Source: Planctomycetota bacterium (GTDB taxonomy: Bacteria; Planctomycetota; Phycisphaerae; Phycisphaerales; Phycisphaeraceae). Taken from it: a stretch of DNA of 64,000 nt. The DNA lies in contig JBCCBV010000010.1 in NCBI GenBank assembly GCA_039033855.1, forward strand, positions 12,207 through 76,206. Direction: 5' to 3'. Under the pieces are notes generated by a model. It saw only the letters and a program-made list of their open reading frames with translations. It was not told the origin of the DNA and did no database searches. The position numbers were made by a program, and so were the translations under genes. Every line of letters starts with the position of its first letter. Positions within the stretch are counted from its first letter, which is position 1. This document shows positions 16,418 to 24,857 of the stretch, in pieces.

Positions 16418-18160
16418 ATGTTGATCGGCGCCCTGGGCTTTGGCCTGGCGCTGCTGGCCACGTCGGCGGTGCTGGGTCAACCGGCTCCGACCGCGACCGA
16501 ATCCGTCGCTCCCATCCCAGCCGCCGCACAAGACACGCCCTGGGCCGAGCGCCTGCCCATCCACCCGCTGGTGGTGCTGTTCGGCTGCATCGCCGCGGGC
16601 ATGGCCCTGGGGCGCATCACCCTGCTGGGCCTGTCGCTGGGCAGTTCGGGCGTGCTGTTCGCCGCGCTCGCGGCCGGCTGGGCCGGCTACGGATTGCCCG
16701 AAGGCGCCGCCACGCTGGGGCTGGTGCTGTTCGTCTACTGCGTGGGGTTGACCGCCGGGCCAACGTTCTTCCGCGCCTTCGCCAAGCGCGGCAACGCGCT
16801 GGCCGTAATCAGCGCCGCCACCGTGGCCACCGGCGCCGCCACTACCGCCCTGCTGGCCATGGCCACGGGCATCCCGTCCGACCTGGCGGTGGGCATCTTC
16901 GCCGGGGCGCTCACCAGCACGCCGGCACTTGCGGCCGGCACCGAGGCCGCGGCCATCCTGTTCGGCGACGGCGGCCAGCGCGTGTCCGTCGGCTACGGCC
17001 TGGCGTACCCGTTCGGCGTCATCGGCGTGGTGCTTTTCATCCAAGCCATGCCCCGCTTGCTCGGCCAAGAACTGAACCAACCCGCAACCGATTCCGCCTC
17101 GCAAGCCGACAGGCAGACCATCACCCGCGCCCTGGTCGAAGTGGCCAACCCCACGCTCCAGGGCCGGCCGATCGCCGATGTCGCGGCGCTGGTCGACTCG
17201 GGCTGTCAGATTTCGCGCCACGTTGAAGAGGGCCGACTGGTCCCCATCCGCCCCGACTTCGTGTTCACGCTCGGCGACCGCGTCATGCTCGTCGGCCGGC
17301 CCGGCGACCTGGGCCGGGTCATCGACCTGATCGGCAGGCGGGTCGAGGACCGCGACCTGGCGCCCATGGACACCGAGCGCGAACGCCGACAGGTGGCGCT
17401 GTCTTCGCGCGCTCTGGCCGGAAAGACGCTGCGCGAGCTCGACCTGCTCGGGCGCTACGGCGTGGTGGTGACCCGGCTGCGGCGCTTCGGCGTCGACTTC
17501 GTGCCCAAGCCCGAAACCACGCTCCACAGCGGCGACATGCTGACGGTCGTGGGCTCGGCCGAGGCGTTGCCGGCGTTCGCCGACGCGGCCGGGCACCGCG
17601 CGGTGCTGGTGGACCAGAGCGACCTGATCTCGCTGGGCGTGGGCATTGCGCTCGGGGTGTCGGCCGGGCTGATCCCGCTGAGCCTGCCCGGCGGCGCGTC
17701 GCTCACCCTGGGGCTTGCCGGCGGGCCGTTGCTCGTGGGGCTGGTGCTCGGCCACTTCGGGCGCTTCGCCGGGCTGGTGGGCTACCTGCCCCGGGCTTCG
17801 CGCCTGGTGTTGATGGAGGTCGGGCTGGTGATGTTCCTGGCCGGCGCCGGGGTCCGGGCCGGCGGGGCGCTGCTGCCGGTGCTGCGCGAGCACGGCCCAT
17901 CGCTCGTAGGCATGGCCATCGTCGTCGCCGTCGTGCCCATGGCCACCGCATTCTGGCTGGCCCGCAAGGTCTTCAAGCTCCCGATGCTCGAATCGCTCGG
18001 CGGGGCCTGCGGCGGCATGACCTCCACCCCCGGGCTGGGCGCGATTGCCGCCAAAACCGACGCCGACGCGCCCGTCATCGCTTACGCGGCGGCGTATCCC
18101 GTGGCGCTGATCTTAATGACGCTGGCCGCGCAGCTGCTCGTGCGATTGGCCGGGGCGTAA
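16418..18160 (+). CDS. YidE/YbjL/AspT-family transporter with two central RCK_C (TrkA-C) domains
   Basis: Duplicated membrane halves (GLSLGSSGVLFAALAAGW... / ...GVGIALGVSAGLIPL) flank two soluble TrkA-C-like segments (GRPIADV...DRVMLVG and GKTLRELDL...GDMLTVVG). Confidence 0.8.
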   Translation: MLIGALGFGLALLATSAVLGQPAPTATESVAPIPAAAQDTPWAERLPIHPLVVLFGCIAAGMALGRITLLGLSLGSSGVLFAALAAGWAGYGLPEGAATLGLVLFVYCVGLTAGPTFFRAFAKRGNALAVISAATVATGAATTALLAMATGIPSDLAVGIFAGALTSTPALAAGTEAAAILFGDGGQRVSVGYGLAYPFGVIGVVLFIQAMPRLLGQELNQPATDSASQADRQTITRALVEVANPTLQGRPIADVAALVDSGCQISRHVEEGRLVPIRPDFVFTLGDRVMLVGRPGDLGRVIDLIGRRVEDRDLAPMDTERERRQVALSSRALAGKTLRELDLLGRYGVVVTRLRRFGVDFVPKPETTLHSGDMLTVVGSAEALPAFADAAGHRAVLVDQSDLISLGVGIALGVSAGLIPLSLPGGASLTLGLAGGPLLVGLVLGHFGRFAGLVGYLPRASRLVLMEVGLVMFLAGAGVRAGGALLPVLREHGPSLVGMAIVVAVVPMATAFWLARKVFKLPMLESLGGACGGMTSTPGLGAIAAKTDADAPVIAYAAAYPVALILMTLAAQLLVRLAGA

Positions 18161-18177
18161 CCGAAACCCGTTACGCC
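18154..18177. terminator. Inverted repeat spanning the convergent stop codons of the transporter and phoU; possible bidirectional terminator
   Basis: GGCGTAAC (18154-18161) pairs with GTTACGCC (18170-18177) across an 8-nt loop. The two arms contain the TAA stop codons of both genes. Confidence 0.4.
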
Positions 18178-18875
18178 GAGCTGCGGCCCGGCTGCGGCGG
18201 AAACTCGCTGGCCGGCTCGAACCCCGCGGGGCGGACCACCTCACCATCGGCCAAGTAGATGACGTCCGCCGCGATGTTGCACGCGTGGTCGGCCACCCGC
18301 TCGATCTGTCGCGACACGCCCGACAACAGCATGAGCTGCTCCAACCGGTCCGGCTGGCTGCGCATCGCCGTGATCACGTCGGCGTACATCCGCCGATTCA
18401 TCGCGTCGACCCGATCGTCGGCCGAGCGCACCGCGCGGGCGCGGTCGGCATCGACCTGCACCAGCGACGCCAGCGACTTGTCCAGCATGCCCAGCGCCTG
18501 GTCGGCCATGGCCCGCACGTCCACCGGCCAGCGGTCGAGCACCGGCAGGTGGGTGAGCGCCACGCCCGCCTCCGCCACGTTGGTCGCGTGCTGACCGATG
18601 CGGTGCAGGTCCGACGCGATCTTCAGCACCGCGACCACAAACCGCAGGTCGAACGCCACCGGCTGGTGCAGCGCCAGGGTGTGCAGACACTCTTCTTCGA
18701 GCGACACCCGGGCCTGGTCGAGCTGCGCCGCGCGGGCCAGCACCGAACGCCCCAGGTCCGCGTCGCGCTCGAGCACCGAACGCACCGCGTCGTGCATGGC
18801 TTCCTCGCTGACCCCGGCCAGGGTCAGGAGCATCTTCTTGACCTTCTCGACTTGGCGCTGGAGGAAAATCGCCAT
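18171..18875 (-). CDS. phoU: Phosphate signalling complex protein PhoU
   Basis: Two PhoU repeats: EEAMHDAVRSVLERDADLGRSV...FVVAVLKIASDLHRIGQHATNVAE and a second ...SRQIERVADHACNIAADVIY. Confidence 0.9.
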   Translation of the reverse strand: MAIFLQRQVEKVKKMLLTLAGVSEEAMHDAVRSVLERDADLGRSVLARAAQLDQARVSLEEECLHTLALHQPVAFDLRFVVAVLKIASDLHRIGQHATNVAEAGVALTHLPVLDRWPVDVRAMADQALGMLDKSLASLVQVDADRARAVRSADDRVDAMNRRMYADVITAMRSQPDRLEQLMLLSGVSRQIERVADHACNIAADVIYLADGEVVRPAGFEPASEFPPQPGRSSA

Positions 18876-19020
18876 GACTCAGGGCCCAAACGGTGAAGCG
18901 ACTCAGACGGCGGCGGCCGAAGCGCAGGAAACAAAAGCAATCGGGTGGAGGCGTCGGGGCGGGGTGGGGCGCCGGTCCACACCCCCTGGAGAGCGCCGCA
19001 GCGTCGCGCGGCCTCCCGGG

Positions 19021-20679
19021 TCAGGCGGGGCCCGACTCGGTTTGCACCGAAGCCGGGTGTGGGCGATCCGGTCCGGACCACCCTTGGGTGGGCGGCGGCC
19101 TTGTATCCGACCCCTCCGAAATCGCGGAAGGGCCGGGCTGTTCGGTCGCCGGTGTTGAATCGTCGTCCACAACGCCCGCAGCGTCAACAGGATCGAGGCC
19201 TTGCGCAGCCGTATTTACAGAGATTGAACCTGAATCTTCCCCGTCTTCCGGTTCCGGCGACGCTTCGCCCGGCTGAAGGTGGATGCGGAACTCCGAACCC
19301 ACACCCGGCGACGAATCCACCGACACCCGCCCGCCCAGCGATTCGGCGGCGTGCTTCACGATCGAAAGCCCCAGCCCCGTCCCCCCAAGGTCGCGCGAAC
19401 GCGCCTTGTCCGTGCGATAGAACCGCTCGAAAATCCGGGTCAGGTGGTCGGCTTCGACCCCACGGCCCTGGTCGCGCACGCTGATCACCACCTCGCCCCC
19501 TTCCCGGGTCACCTCCACCCGCACCGTGGTCTCTTCATCGCTGTACTTCACCGCGTTGTCGATCAGGTTGACCATGGCTTGCTCGAGCATCAGGCCGTTC
19601 ATCTGGGCGTAGATTTCCGGGTCGGCCTGGACCTCGATGCCGATCTGCTTGGTCGCCGCCTTGGCCCCGCAGGTCTCCACCGCCGCCCACAGGACCGTCT
19701 CGACCGGCTCGCTGGTCAGCTCCACGTCGTGGGCTTCGGTTTCGTTTTCGATCCGCGTCAGCGTCAGCAGGTCTTCGACGATCGCGTCGAGCCGGTCCGA
19801 CTGCCGAGCGATGATCCGCATGAATCGCCGGGCCTGTTCGACCTCGATCTCCGGGTCGTCCAAGATGGTTTCGATCGCCGCTTTGATCGCCGACACCGGC
19901 GTCTTGACCTCGTGCGAAACGTTGGCCACAAAGTCGCGACGGACCGACTCGAGCCGGCGCAGCTGCGTCACGTCGTGCAGCACCACCAGCACGCCCAGCA
20001 GTTCGCCCGACCCCTCGCGCAGCAGCGCCGTCTGCACTTGAAGCGAGCGCTCGCGCCCCGAATCGACCCCGCCGCGCAACCGCATCTCGCCGGTAACGGC
20101 CTTGCGCTTGCGCACGGTGTCGCGGATCAATTCCACCAAGCGGGGGTTGCGCACCGACTCCTGGATCGCCCGGCCGATCACCACGCCCGGCTCGGTGCGC
20201 AGCATCCCCGCGGCCGCGCGGTTCAGCGAAATCACCCGCTCGTCCAGGTCGACCGCGACCACGCCTTCGACCATCGACGACAGCACCGCCCCGAGCTCGT
20301 TGCGCTGGCGCACCACGGTCGACAGCCGGTCGTCGAGCTGCCGGGCCATCTTGTTAAGCGTGTTGGCCAGGCGCCCGATGCGCAGCGGGCCTTGCGCAGA
20401 GACCCGCGTGCTCAAGCTTCCGGCCGCCAAGCGCGACGCCGAGTGCTCGAGCTTCCGCATCGCACGGTGGATCAGCAGCAGGCACACCCCGAACGCCAGC
20501 AGCGTCACGAAAAGCAGCGCCGCCAGCGTGGCGATCCACAGCGCCCCCGCATCGACCTGCCCGAGCGCACGGACGGGCTCCAGGGTCTCAGCCAAGGCAC
20601 ACGGGATGGAAAGGCTGTGCAACGTCATCGCGGGACGCATCTTCCAGCAGAGGTCAAGCCAGGCCAACGGGCCGCGCAA
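19021..20679 (-). CDS. phoR: Sensor histidine kinase, PhoR-like (TM-HAMP-PAS-HisKA-HATPase) with an acidic low-complexity C-terminal tail
   Basis: H-box FVANVSHEVKTPVSAI, N-box NLIDNAVKYS, G-boxes DQGRGV and GTGLGLSIVK. Located between phoB and phoU. The exact start is uncertain. Confidence 0.85.
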   Translation of the reverse strand: MRGPLAWLDLCWKMRPAMTLHSLSIPCALAETLEPVRALGQVDAGALWIATLAALLFVTLLAFGVCLLLIHRAMRKLEHSASRLAAGSLSTRVSAQGPLRIGRLANTLNKMARQLDDRLSTVVRQRNELGAVLSSMVEGVVAVDLDERVISLNRAAAGMLRTEPGVVIGRAIQESVRNPRLVELIRDTVRKRKAVTGEMRLRGGVDSGRERSLQVQTALLREGSGELLGVLVVLHDVTQLRRLESVRRDFVANVSHEVKTPVSAIKAAIETILDDPEIEVEQARRFMRIIARQSDRLDAIVEDLLTLTRIENETEAHDVELTSEPVETVLWAAVETCGAKAATKQIGIEVQADPEIYAQMNGLMLEQAMVNLIDNAVKYSDEETTVRVEVTREGGEVVISVRDQGRGVEADHLTRIFERFYRTDKARSRDLGGTGLGLSIVKHAAESLGGRVSVDSSPGVGSEFRIHLQPGEASPEPEDGEDSGSISVNTAAQGLDPVDAAGVVDDDSTPATEQPGPSAISEGSDTRPPPTQGWSGPDRPHPASVQTESGPA

Positions 20680-20777
20680 CCGAAGCCGCCCGGGGCAATC
20701 CGGGGCAATCCGGCGTTTCAGTCATCACACAAAACGGTGCGCATCAAACGCCGCTTACAACCGGAACAAGCCCGAGG

Positions 20778-21512
20778 TCAGCCCCGGAACCGGTAGCCCA
20801 CGCCGCGCACCGTTTCGATGTTACGGCCCACCGTGCCGAGCTTGCGTCGCAGCGAAACCACCTGCACGTCCACCGAGCGATCGGTCACCGCGGCGAAGCC
20901 CTCGTGGATCGACTCGATGATCTGCTGGCGGGTAAACACGCGCGAAGGCTTGCTGGCCAACAGCGAAAGCAGCTTGAACTCGGTGGCGGTCAGGTCGACG
21001 GTCTGGCCGCCGACTTCGACCTCGTGCCGTTCGCGGTCGACGGTCACGCCGCCGGCCTCGATGACCTTTTCGATCTCCTCGCTCTGCTCGCGCTCGGCGC
21101 GACGCATCACCGCGGTGATGCGGGCCATGAGCACCCTGGGCGAAAACGGCTTGGTGATGTAGTCGTCGGCGCCAATCTCCAGGCCGCGGACGATGTCGCT
21201 TTCTTCACCCTTGGCCGTGAGCATGATCACGGGGATGCCCCCGGTGTGCTCGCGGCTCTTGAGCGTCCGGCAGACCTCCAGCCCGTCCATCGCCGGCAGC
21301 ATCAGGTCCAGCAGAATCAGGTCCGGGTGCTCGGCCCGCACCAGCCGCAGGCCTTCCTCGCCGCTGGTGGCGGTACGCACCTCGTACCCCTCACGAGAAA
21401 GGTTGTACTTGAGCAGTTCCAGCAGGTCCTGCTCGTCCTCCACGATCAAGATCGACAGCGTGTCCTTACGGCTCGCAGCCTCGACCGGGTCTGTTGTCTG
21501 CACCGATGTCAT
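20778..21512 (-). CDS. phoB: OmpR/PhoB-family response regulator
   Basis: Receiver domain (ILIVEDEQDLLELL...DLILLDLMLPAMDG) plus a winged-helix output domain (LTATEFKLLSLLA...VDVQVVSLRRKL...IETVRGVGYRF). Confidence 0.88.
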   Translation of the reverse strand: MTSVQTTDPVEAASRKDTLSILIVEDEQDLLELLKYNLSREGYEVRTATSGEEGLRLVRAEHPDLILLDLMLPAMDGLEVCRTLKSREHTGGIPVIMLTAKGEESDIVRGLEIGADDYITKPFSPRVLMARITAVMRRAEREQSEEIEKVIEAGGVTVDRERHEVEVGGQTVDLTATEFKLLSLLASKPSRVFTRQQIIESIHEGFAAVTDRSVDVQVVSLRRKLGTVGRNIETVRGVGYRFRG

Positions 21513-21598
21513 CTGGTTACCACCCCTGCGATTGAGAAAGTTCGTACCCCCCGGCCCCGACAGAGGACCGGCCTATACACCTCCGCGAAATCTAAGAT

Positions 21599-21616
21599 AT
21601 CACACAATGTTCACAA
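21599..21616 (-). promoter_or_regulatory. Candidate Pho-box-like direct repeat upstream of phoB
   Basis: The minus strand reads TTGTGAA-CATT-GTGTGAT, a 7-4-7 arrangement with 11-bp period like CTGTCAT-N4-CTGTCAT. It lies about 90-100 nt upstream of the phoB ATG in an AT-rich intergenic region. Confidence 0.3.
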
Positions 21617-21838
21617 TTCTAGCACGGACCCGCAATGTTCCGGCATTTATATAACGCGAACGAAATCTACCCCCAAACCGCCCAGTTTTGCGAAATTGAC
21701 GTCAATCCGCCGGCTTTCCCGGATAAATCGGTGTTCAACTGAACCGCACCGCACGCCACTGAACCGCGTCCGCATTCATGCCCGGCTTACGTTGTGAGCA
21801 AACGATGCGGGCACCCGCCCCACGCATAAAGCCTTGCG

Positions 21839-23263
21839 TTAAAACAACACAAGCACTTGCAGCCGCAGCAACACCTGGCCGCCGTCGCCCGGGGTGTCCG
21901 GCAGCAGCCCTGTGGTGGCCGACGTGGGCGAGTTGAACGACCCCGGCAGCCGCTGCGCCTGGTCCAGCAGCACCACCACGTCGCCGGTCAGCTTCACCCG
22001 GCCCGGCACGGCGAAGTAGTTGATCCCCGCCGTCAACGCGTTCAAACGGTCGTCCGACCCGGCCGGCAACCCCACGTCGTCGATCATCAGGTACGTCCAC
22101 CCGCCGAACACCTGCCACAGGTCCGGCACCACAAAGTGGCCGCCCTGCACCACCAGCCCGTAGTGATCGAGCCCGGGACCGGAATCCGGGTCGACGTGCA
22201 ACCCCGCGAACGCCACTTGCAGCGACCCGCCGTCTTGCTCGATCAGGCTGTCCACCGTCCAGGTGAACACGTCGCGGTCCGGCAGGTCCTGGCCGGTCTC
22301 CCCCAGTTCAACGTGGCCCGCCGCGCCCCAAAACACCCCGAGCTCCTCGCCCGACCACGCCGAAAAGTCTTTCCGCTGAGCCCAGTCGCCGGCCAGCTTG
22401 TACTCGGTGCGCCCGGTGATCGCGAAGTCCGACGCGTCTTGATCGAACGAAAGCCCCTCGCTGTCGGCGCCGTCGCTGAGCGCCACCCACCACCGGTACG
22501 CCGCGTCGCCCGCGTAGGCCAGACGCACGCCCTGCCCGCGGTCGAGCGTGAACGCCTCGTTGAACACCGACCGATCCGGGCCCAATACTTTTGAGAATGA
22601 GGTGGCCTCTTCCCCCAAAAACGGCAGGCGGAACTCGCCCGCACGCAGGCCATACCCGCCGCCGAGGTCGTACCCGACGTATCCGTCGGACAGAAAAATA
22701 TCGCCGCCGTCCTCGTCATCGGCCTGGAGCACCACGGTGTAGGTGACGCGCGGGTCGCCCACGTACCCCTCGGCGCCCAACCGCACCCGCCGGAGCTGAA
22801 GCCCCGACTCGCCGTCGTCGCCCGGCGGGTCGTCCTGCAGGTTGGCGATCGCCTGCAGTTGCACCACGCCGAACAAGCCCAAACGAAAGTCGTCCGACGC
22901 GCTGGCCAAAAAGAACTGCCCGTCGTACCCGGCGTTCAATGCAGAGCGCATCTCCCCGCTGCGGCGCTCGGCGTCGGCCATGACCTCGCGCGCGATCGCT
23001 CGCACCTGGTCGGCCCGCTGGTCGTCGAGCCAGCGTTCCTGATCCGACTGCTTCCACTCGGCCAGCTCCGCCCGCAGCTCGGCCACCTCGGCTCGGAGCG
23101 CCGCCACGTCGTCCCCGGAGCCCTGCGCGTGCGCCCCGGCGCCGCCGAGGCCCGCTGCCACCAAACTCGTCGTGGCGACCCAACCGTACGACCGCGACCG
23201 CAAACGCAAACGCAAACGCAAACGCAAACGCAAACGCAAACGCAAACCAGATTGTGGCTTCAT
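21839..23263 (-). CDS. Phosphate-selective porin O/P (OprO/OprP) family outer-membrane protein
   Basis: Signal peptide, N-terminal coiled coil (LRAEVAELRAELAEWK), beta-rich body with RRVRLGAEG, and a C-terminal ...LQVLVLF. Adjacent to phoBRU. ATG at 23263 (alternative at 23281). Confidence 0.75.
   Translation of the reverse strand: MKPQSGLRLRLRLRLRLRLRLRSRSYGWVATTSLVAAGLGGAGAHAQGSGDDVAALRAEVAELRAELAEWKQSDQERWLDDQRADQVRAIAREVMADAERRSGEMRSALNAGYDGQFFLASASDDFRLGLFGVVQLQAIANLQDDPPGDDGESGLQLRRVRLGAEGYVGDPRVTYTVVLQADDEDGGDIFLSDGYVGYDLGGGYGLRAGEFRLPFLGEEATSFSKVLGPDRSVFNEAFTLDRGQGVRLAYAGDAAYRWWVALSDGADSEGLSFDQDASDFAITGRTEYKLAGDWAQRKDFSAWSGEELGVFWGAAGHVELGETGQDLPDRDVFTWTVDSLIEQDGGSLQVAFAGLHVDPDSGPGLDHYGLVVQGGHFVVPDLWQVFGGWTYLMIDDVGLPAGSDDRLNALTAGINYFAVPGRVKLTGDVVVLLDQAQRLPGSFNSPTSATTGLLPDTPGDGGQVLLRLQVLVLF
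23199..23246. repeat. Perfect hexanucleotide microsatellite (CGCAAA)x8, in frame, encoding (LR)8 in the porin signal-peptide n-region
   Basis: Read directly from the sequence. On the coding (minus) strand it gives GLRLRLRLRLRLRLRLRSRS. Confidence 0.95.
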
Positions 23264-23273
23264 GGCGATACTC

Positions 23274-23705
23274 TCAAGCATTCGGGGGTTTCGTGCCCTG
23301 ACCGTCGTCGCCGGAAGCACCTTGGGCCTCGGCCGGGGAACCGCCGTGCGGGCTAGCCGAGCCGTGCGGGCCCTCTGGACGGGTCGGATCGATCTGCCGC
23401 AGATAGTCCCACGCGTACAACCCGGTGTCGTGGCCGTCGGAAAAACGGATGCGCACCGCGTAGTTGCCCACCAGCTCGGCCGAATCGGCACGAAGTTCCG
23501 CCGCAGACACCGGCGCCGACTTAAGCACCGCGAGCGGGTTGGCGGCCTGCTGCTCGCGCTGCTGCCGGGTCTCGGCCGAGGGCGACATCCGACGCAGGTA
23601 CGCCACGGGGTAGATCGACACCCGCCCGTCGGACCACCGCACCGTCAGGCCGTGCTGCCGGTCCAGATCGAGCGACGTGGGCGTCGGCGGTCGGCGGGGC
23701 TTCAT
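23274..23705 (-). CDS. DUF971 (gamma-butyrobetaine hydroxylase-like N-terminal domain) protein
   Basis: LTVRWSDGRVSIYPVAYLRRMSPSAE...YAVRIRFSDGHDTGLYAWDYLRQI matches the DUF971 pattern. Its ATG overlaps the stop of the upstream PEGA gene as ATGA. Confidence 0.75.
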   Translation of the reverse strand: MKPRRPPTPTSLDLDRQHGLTVRWSDGRVSIYPVAYLRRMSPSAETRQQREQQAANPLAVLKSAPVSAAELRADSAELVGNYAVRIRFSDGHDTGLYAWDYLRQIDPTRPEGPHGSASPHGGSPAEAQGASGDDGQGTKPPNA

Positions 23706-24211
23706 GAGGCGTCCGCAGCTTCCGACTCGGTGGGTTCAACTTCCGCGTCCGGTTGCGAATCCGGTTCCGCCCCCGGCGCGGTGTAGGCGCCGTCTTGACC
23801 CCAGCCCGACCGCACCGCCGCGGCGCGCTCGAGCAACCCATCCGAACCGCCCGGGCCACGGGGCAACCGGGGCTCGAGCTCGAAGTGCCAGGCCACTTCC
23901 GACTTGAGCCCGGGCACCGCCTCGGCGAACAGGTCCGGACCGGGGTAATCCCACCAAGGCGCCTCCGCCTCAGCCTGGGTGCGCAAGGGCGCGTAACCGT
24001 CTTTGGTCACCCGCACGTCGTACACGCCGTAAAACAAAAAGTCGGTGGTCAACGGCGTACGCCCGACCTGCACGTCGTTGAGCGTCACCAGCGCACCCGA
24101 CGGCTCGGAAGTCACCGTAATCGTGCGCTCCACACAACCCGACAACAGCAACGCAAACACCGCCGCAGCAGCAAGACCCCAACCGGCATGGACGCGCCCG
24201 AACCGCATCAC
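23702..24211 (-). CDS. PEGA domain lipoprotein
   Basis: Lipobox LLLSGC, then ITVTSEPSGALVTLNDVQVGRTPL...GVYDVRVTKDGYAP (PEGA motif). Confidence 0.75.
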   Translation of the reverse strand: MMRFGRVHAGWGLAAAAVFALLLSGCVERTITVTSEPSGALVTLNDVQVGRTPLTTDFLFYGVYDVRVTKDGYAPLRTQAEAEAPWWDYPGPDLFAEAVPGLKSEVAWHFELEPRLPRGPGGSDGLLERAAAVRSGWGQDGAYTAPGAEPDSQPDAEVEPTESEAADAS

Positions 24212-24217
24212 GCGAGT

Positions 24218-24835
24218 TTACCCGTTGGCAGGCGGCTCGCCGGTCGTGCCTTCAGCCGAGTCGATCGGCTCGGGAGGCTTGTACCCCCGCCGGCGGCGCA
24301 GCACCACCTGCTGAAACAGCATGTTGTTGGGCACGAGCAGGGTTTCGCCGTCGTCGTTGCGCAGCACCGTGTGCAGGAGGTTGACCTCCATCACCCGGCC
24401 CTCGGCCTCGGCGGCCAACAGCCGGATCCGCTCGCCCACGTGGAACGGCCGGGTCGTCAGCAGGATCAGGCTGCACAAGACGTTCGACAAGACCGACCAC
24501 ACCGCAAAGAACCCGATCGCCACCAGCGTTACCGCCGCCGTGGCCGCCGCCCAGACGTTCGCCAACACGCCCCAGGCCTGCATCAACGCCGCCCCCGCCA
24601 GCAGGAACGCCCCCCACCGCAAAAACACGCGCAGGTACGCCGCTTGCGCCAGGTTCAGGACGTCGTTTTGACGCAGCCGTCGGATCGACTGGCTAACAAA
24701 CAGGTACACACCGATAGCAACCAGCAGGATGACCCCCGTGGTGGCCGTCGTCTGAGCGCCACCGGCGTCCCACCACTGCGCCCAACGCCCCACCGCCGAC
24801 GACTCGATGATCCCCGTTTCCGCAAGCTTGTACAT
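24218..24835 (-). CDS. Small mechanosensitive (MscS-like) channel protein
   Basis: ATG at 24835. Three TM segments followed by LSNVLCSLILLTTRPFHVGERIRL...GRVMEVNLLHTVLRNDDGETLLVPNNMLF (MscS beta-domain signature). Confidence 0.7.
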   Translation of the reverse strand: MYKLAETGIIESSAVGRWAQWWDAGGAQTTATTGVILLVAIGVYLFVSQSIRRLRQNDVLNLAQAAYLRVFLRWGAFLLAGAALMQAWGVLANVWAAATAAVTLVAIGFFAVWSVLSNVLCSLILLTTRPFHVGERIRLLAAEAEGRVMEVNLLHTVLRNDDGETLLVPNNMLFQQVVLRRRRGYKPPEPIDSAEGTTGEPPANG

Positions 24836-24857
24836 GCCCGCATAGTAAAGCAGCACG

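Noticed and set aside
16080-16529. Upstream extension of the zinc-ribbon/bPH ORF (15426-16529)
   Set aside because: The extension runs antisense through the small divergent gene 16170-16394 and has no membrane or domain features. The ATG at 16079 places the CxxC ribbon at the N-terminus.
16199-17893. 564-aa minus-strand ORF
   Set aside because: It is antisense to the YidE/YbjL-type transporter gene. Its translation is dominated by R/G/A/Q/H and lacks any hydrophobic or domain pattern.
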